Shown: piece by piece, positions 61,801 through 64,000 of the stretch
Layout of the letters: each line of letters begins with the position of its first letter
Numbering within the stretch: position 1 is the first letter of the stretch
Origin: an uncultured Thermoplasmatales archaeon
Lineage (GTDB): Archaea > Thermoplasmatota > E2 > UBA202 > DSCA01
Direction of reading: 5' to 3'
NCBI GenBank assembly: GCA_964514975.1
Contig: CAZESS010000001.1
Coordinates: 62,197 to 126,196, forward strand
Length of the DNA stretch: 64,000 bases
Translations under genes and position numbers: made by a program
The notes under the pieces: model-generated
Seen by the model: the letters and a program-made list of their open reading frames with translations, nothing else
Told to the model about the DNA's origin: nothing
Databases searched by the model: none

Positions 61801-64000
61801 ACCAGCACCGCGGGTCCCAATCCCGACGAGCGGTTTGGGAACCATACGCCGCTTGACGATTACAATGCATCTGACACCGAAACAGTTACCGCCGTTAACG
61901 ACCCGGTCATCGACAAACTGCCCGACACCCTGAGAAACTACACGATAGGCGAAACAGTCGCCTTTACCGTAACCGTTGACTTTCCGAACGCCACCTTCAG
62001 CAATGTATGGATAAATGACACGCTGCCGGCCGGCCTCATATACAATCAGTCCTCTTTCACAATATCACCGTCACTACCCCTTAACGCACATACGGTGAGC
62101 AGCCCCAACAACGGAACCGCACCCGTCCACGTCGCCTGGAACCTCGGTGATGTTAACAACTCCCAGAACGACAAAGACCTCACCATCACGTTCAACGCGA
62201 CCGTCGCCGACGTCCCCGGCAACCAGAACGGAACCACGCTCATCAACACCGCCAATCTGTCATGGAAAGACTACGCCGGGATAGCGCACTATCTCACCGA
62301 CGATTCCGGTGTTGTGCAGCTTTTGGAGCCGGATTTGGCTGTTGGCAAGGTGGCGAACCGGAGTGTGGTGGAGGCGGGCGACATGGTTAATTACACCATC
62401 ACTGTGCAGCATACTGCAGCTAGTTCATGGCCGGCCTATGACATCTGGATAAATGATACGATTCCGGATGGCCTGAGCTATGTATCAAACGTGTCGATGC
62501 CGGGAGCGGATGTGTTTGTGCGGAACGGGCAGCAGCTGGCCTGGTATTATGGGGAGCTCCTTGAAGGCGATACCATTCGTATTAATTATACTGTCACTGT
62601 TGATGATGATGTCGTTGTGGACCAGGATTTGGACAACGCTGTTAATCTCACCTGGACCAGCATCAACGGCACCAATCCGCATGAGCGGTTCGGTGACTAC
62701 ACGGCGCTCGACGACTATAACCGAACGGTCCAGTGGCCGCTGGATGTCAACAATACGGCCGTCGTGACCAAGGCACCCGAGCAGCAGCGGAACTATACCA
62801 TCGGGGAGACCCTGAATTTCACCGTCATGGTGGATCTGCCGAACGCGACGGCGTATAACGTCTGGATTAATGATACACTACCAGCTGGGCTTATCTATCA
62901 ACCGTCGAGCTTCATCATGACGGCGAACAATGGCTCGTTCACTGAGCAGGTGAGCTCGCCGAATGATGGCTCTGTGCCGGTCTCGGTCAACTGGAGTCTG
63001 GGAACGGTGAATAACAGTGATGGTGCGGATGTTACCATCCGGTTTAATGTGACGGTTGCTGATGTCATGGGCAACCAGAATGGCACGCTGCTGAGCAACA
63101 CCGTAGCTCTGGCCTGGACGGACGATGATGGTGAGGTTCAAACCGATGCTGATACATCCGGTGTTGTGCAGCTTTTGGAGCCGGATTTGGCTGTTGGCAA
63201 GGTGGCGAACCGGAGTGTGGTGGAGGCGGGCGACATGGTTAATTACACCATCACTGTGCAGCATACTGCAGCTAGTTCATGGCCGGCCTATGACATCTGG
63301 ATAAATGATACGATTCCGGATGGCCTGAGCTATGTATCAAACGTGTCGATGCCGGGAGCGGATGTGTTTGTGCGGAACGGGCAGCAGCTGGCCTGGTATT
63401 ATGAGGAGTTTCCGAATGGCAGTGTCGCTACATTGAGCTACAATGTGGCGGTGGACAGCGATGTGGTGACGAATCAGTCGTTGGTTAACGAGGTGAACGT
63501 CACGTGGACGAGCATTAACGGCAGCGACCCATACGAGCGATTCGGCAACTGGACGAGCCTTGACGACTACAATGCGTCAGATAACGAATCAATCAGTATA
63601 TTCAGCATGGAAATATCAAAAAAAGTATGGAATGGCTCTGCATGGGATGAGTACCATCATGAAGACGTTGGAGATACAGTCAGATTCAATATATCTGTCA
63701 TCAACACCGGGAGTGCACCGTTGGCGAACATCACGGTACAGGACACCTTGCCTCTGGGATTGATCAGCGCAACATGGGGAAGCAGCAATACCTGGAATAT
63801 CAGCGGACCGCTTTACCCCGGGGAAGCGTTCTACATTGAATTTAATGCCACAGTCACTGATTCTGGCGTCCATATCAACATTGCGAATGTCACAGCCTCT
63901 GATGTCGAGAATATTATAACAAATGTTTCAAGTGATGACGCGGTGGTTGAGGGTGAACGGGCGGATGTGGTGCTGTCGAAGACGGTGTGGAATGGCTCAG
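55843..64000 (+). CDS. Giant secreted DUF11/isopeptide-domain repeat protein (more than 2700 aa, truncated by window end)
   Basis: Not in ORF track (no stop). MKGMAG...signal peptide; repeated L..K..GD...YT..V.N.G......V.D.LP.GL.YV modules; the same frame at 63961 reads ADVVLSKTVWNGS. Frame spot-checked, not every codon. Confidence 0.88.
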   Translation, partial: MKGMAGSTHVMVGLAIVAALILFCWSPSVEAQSYEINLDIAVPDEVNVCEPAIYTLHVNNTGDNPLTDVTANVTMPDSFNYVNGSAIVNYSGSSIAQDPVIQGQNLSWDLSSIENPLPVNASMCICFNLTACCTATSDVQLAATVTANENTSTATSSSILVNRGLILLEKLPQTQDASIGDIVTFTVSVTNIGTGPFFNVTVNDTLGDGLSYVATNASGWPEWQYSRIGVDETRTVNISAEVISCQGLYNDVAAAWGCNGHICQTTHAKGSIKLVYREPSLTFNVEPNPITLPYCGSSRVHVNMTNAGDGGAYDIYLAMKGMPAAYNVSDIRNATYYPGNTTLYVGNLLAHTTNNISFNMTVPYGTCGGPSGDAITFTPRYLDECDNTWAPPVTYVTYTRAAGPSIDVSKTGPTRVLRGENVSYIINVSYTKNGCSLDSVTTNITDTYPDGFTVQDAGGGTVDAANTTITWTNVKLADGVPWTTNVTFANGQTCGDIVTNAVTVEPVIDCCGCSMSGSDTASTASVCDENYTGKEPFTWNKEASRYVRENCNNITYYNNMTFHLQGASWSDVWFREQANNGQTAPNGSTVVNATFIINGTLSTTRSITLNSYTSLGFLDGLAPLANGTTLTVTYDLHQWNTGTFFAWSDVNITGYPNNASADGAYHQGQWITVQRASYTIGVDIPAIVSSCGIYQATINVNHGSDWDAHDMVITLNGTNYRYIDGSTTISGLQYNTTTGTYQQIPSFEPTQNGAFYIWNLSSYGEIRQDGTITFNVSKSCDLTSSIDAALTYRDNCENEYSSTASDVPILATTGDICISKFPEEQFAYTRQVSWRICIPNKGNGTAYNLVVNDTLGDDLSYVNSTIDGIWDPANTTVGPQGRNITWSIGNAIPNQKITIEITANLTGCDNLSNNVTASWGCIHGETCQQVNDTATISLETGQILVSRHDVDNIDPCGDEAQGTITIKNGGVDTYDVNVTEHLPANLTYVPGTEYVSGATPSMFTQWDTNLTWHFSTLPRGATVTITFNVTTTSPCAAFPEPASATVNYTLPCTAYGPEDTETIAIQKVTPELTVTKTPGMVIAEPGDLVNWTLTVTSNGDYEAKNITLEDRLPANVAYINSTIDDIWSPANTTIAGQNITWRLPNMTTGETIYVNITVSVNGCTVNDTDNTAAVSWGCCPTSRENNSDVVSLRTSPRVNLTQTHGDIIPCGGNVTITINNNGSRANVTAISDMLPVGYQYKPGSTVITSSNTSRTFPVTEPADYSAVNRTIIWNQSHIDYIHHNETITIYFELTDNGTGCSNLIDSFNNITFSFGNLCDTSFTATSNDTVTPLAADLQIDKSPDRELLGTTAFWTITINNTGTYEARNVSVTDIVGSAYTNDSIVVTYTNGTTDPGATIIDNRITWNNLTLPVGTAVWSRHIYANVTATGTANNTVWTNGTCQSGCIYTTTTDTSYISRLNFTKEGGGNATIGTTVNFTVFEALFWGVNEQYINVTVTDRLPDELVYVSSDAHDCAGTSYNANLTISNISGYTELTWFIGNITGPRCLTINITAVVNNTLDNEDGDVIENEIIFSHYDVVGNHFVNNDTANVTVKEPDLSITKNANQSVVATADSINYTLAIQHTPDSTWDAYDVNVTDTIPDSLTLDTWGVTPAVDGFWQNGQQLQWNISHIPQGNTVNIWYTVTVDDDVIVNQPFDNQANLSWTSTRGTNPYERYGNNTPLDDYNDDDAAQVTATNAHSISKTPDTARDYTIGEVINYTIVVDLARATYQNVVIRDRFPAGYRYNPGSFQITANNESFTVTYSNTSSYVNIYWHLGDINNSDDTDIHITFNITVADNLSIQNGDSFSNRAWLTWEDYHGTDHTAADNAGLVTIREPDLTLSKTATSSIVQSGDTFNYTLTIAHSGDSTWPAYDIWVNDTIPDGLSYVSNVSVPGADVAYRNGRNISWYFSMLNQSDTIQINVTVSVDSDVVSNEQFINQGNLTWTSTAGPNPDERFGNHTPLDDYNASDTETVTAVNDPVIDKLPDTLRNYTIGETVAFTVTVDFPNATFSNVWINDTLPAGLIYNQSSFTISPSLPLNAHTVSSPNNGTAPVHVAWNLGDVNNSQNDKDLTITFNATVADVPGNQNGTTLINTANLSWKDYAGIAHYLTDDSGVVQLLEPDLAVGKVANRSVVEAGDMVNYTITVQHTAASSWPAYDIWINDTIPDGLSYVSNVSMPGADVFVRNGQQLAWYYGELLEGDTIRINYTVTVDDDVVVDQDLDNAVNLTWTSINGTNPHERFGDYTALDDYNRTVQWPLDVNNTAVVTKAPEQQRNYTIGETLNFTVMVDLPNATAYNVWINDTLPAGLIYQPSSFIMTANNGSFTEQVSSPNDGSVPVSVNWSLGTVNNSDGADVTIRFNVTVADVMGNQNGTLLSNTVALAWTDDDGEVQTDADTSGVVQLLEPDLAVGKVANRSVVEAGDMVNYTITVQHTAASSWPAYDIWINDTIPDGLSYVSNVSMPGADVFVRNGQQLAWYYEEFPNGSVATLSYNVAVDSDVVTNQSLVNEVNVTWTSINGSDPYERFGNWTSLDDYNASDNESISIFSMEISKKVWNGSAWDEYHHEDVGDTVRFNISVINTGSAPLANITVQDTLPLGLISATWGSSNTWNISGPLYPGEAFYIEFNATVTDSGVHINIANVTASDVENIITNVSSDDAVVEGERADVVLSKTVWNGS
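62305..63403 (+). repeat. 247-bp direct repeat (62305-62551 and 63157-63403)
   Basis: Copies read identical, 852 bp apart (in frame). Confidence 0.92.

Noticed and set aside
1-64000. CRISPR array, IS element or provirus
   Set aside because: No regularly spaced short repeats, transposase, integrase or capsid genes recognised, and no att-like duplication of the tRNA 3' ends noticed.

Overview
Archaeal chromosomal segment, GC-rich by eye. The archaeal-type fen, priS/priL, GINS, rfcL, rps13-rps4-rps11-rpoD, pantoate kinase and CCA-less tRNAs, plus the style of the giant secreted proteins, point to an uncultured Thermoplasmatota, possibly MBG-D-like (inference). Housekeeping genes are interleaved with large surface-protein loci: three tandem beta-helix proteins (2.6-17.8 kb) sharing a homogenised, mosaic C-terminal ~850 bp, a CWB2-like/C25-peptidase-like protein, and a DUF11-repeat adhesin of more than 2700 aa that runs off the window end and is absent from the ORF track. 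Most notable: (1) a bacterial-type queA-tgt queuosine module embedded in an archaeal operon; (2) a minus-strand box C/D guide RNA (about 36933-37058) predicted to methylate tRNA-Leu, carrying a 72-nt structured insert; (3) the constant-tail/variable-head surface protein array; (4) a CitD-CitE fusion lacking the prosthetic-group serine, a nitrilase-FmdE fusion divergent from nadE, and a probable ATPase-less B12 uptake pair. No CRISPR array, transposase or reverse transcriptase was seen. All calls come from motif recognition by eye; no database searches were run.
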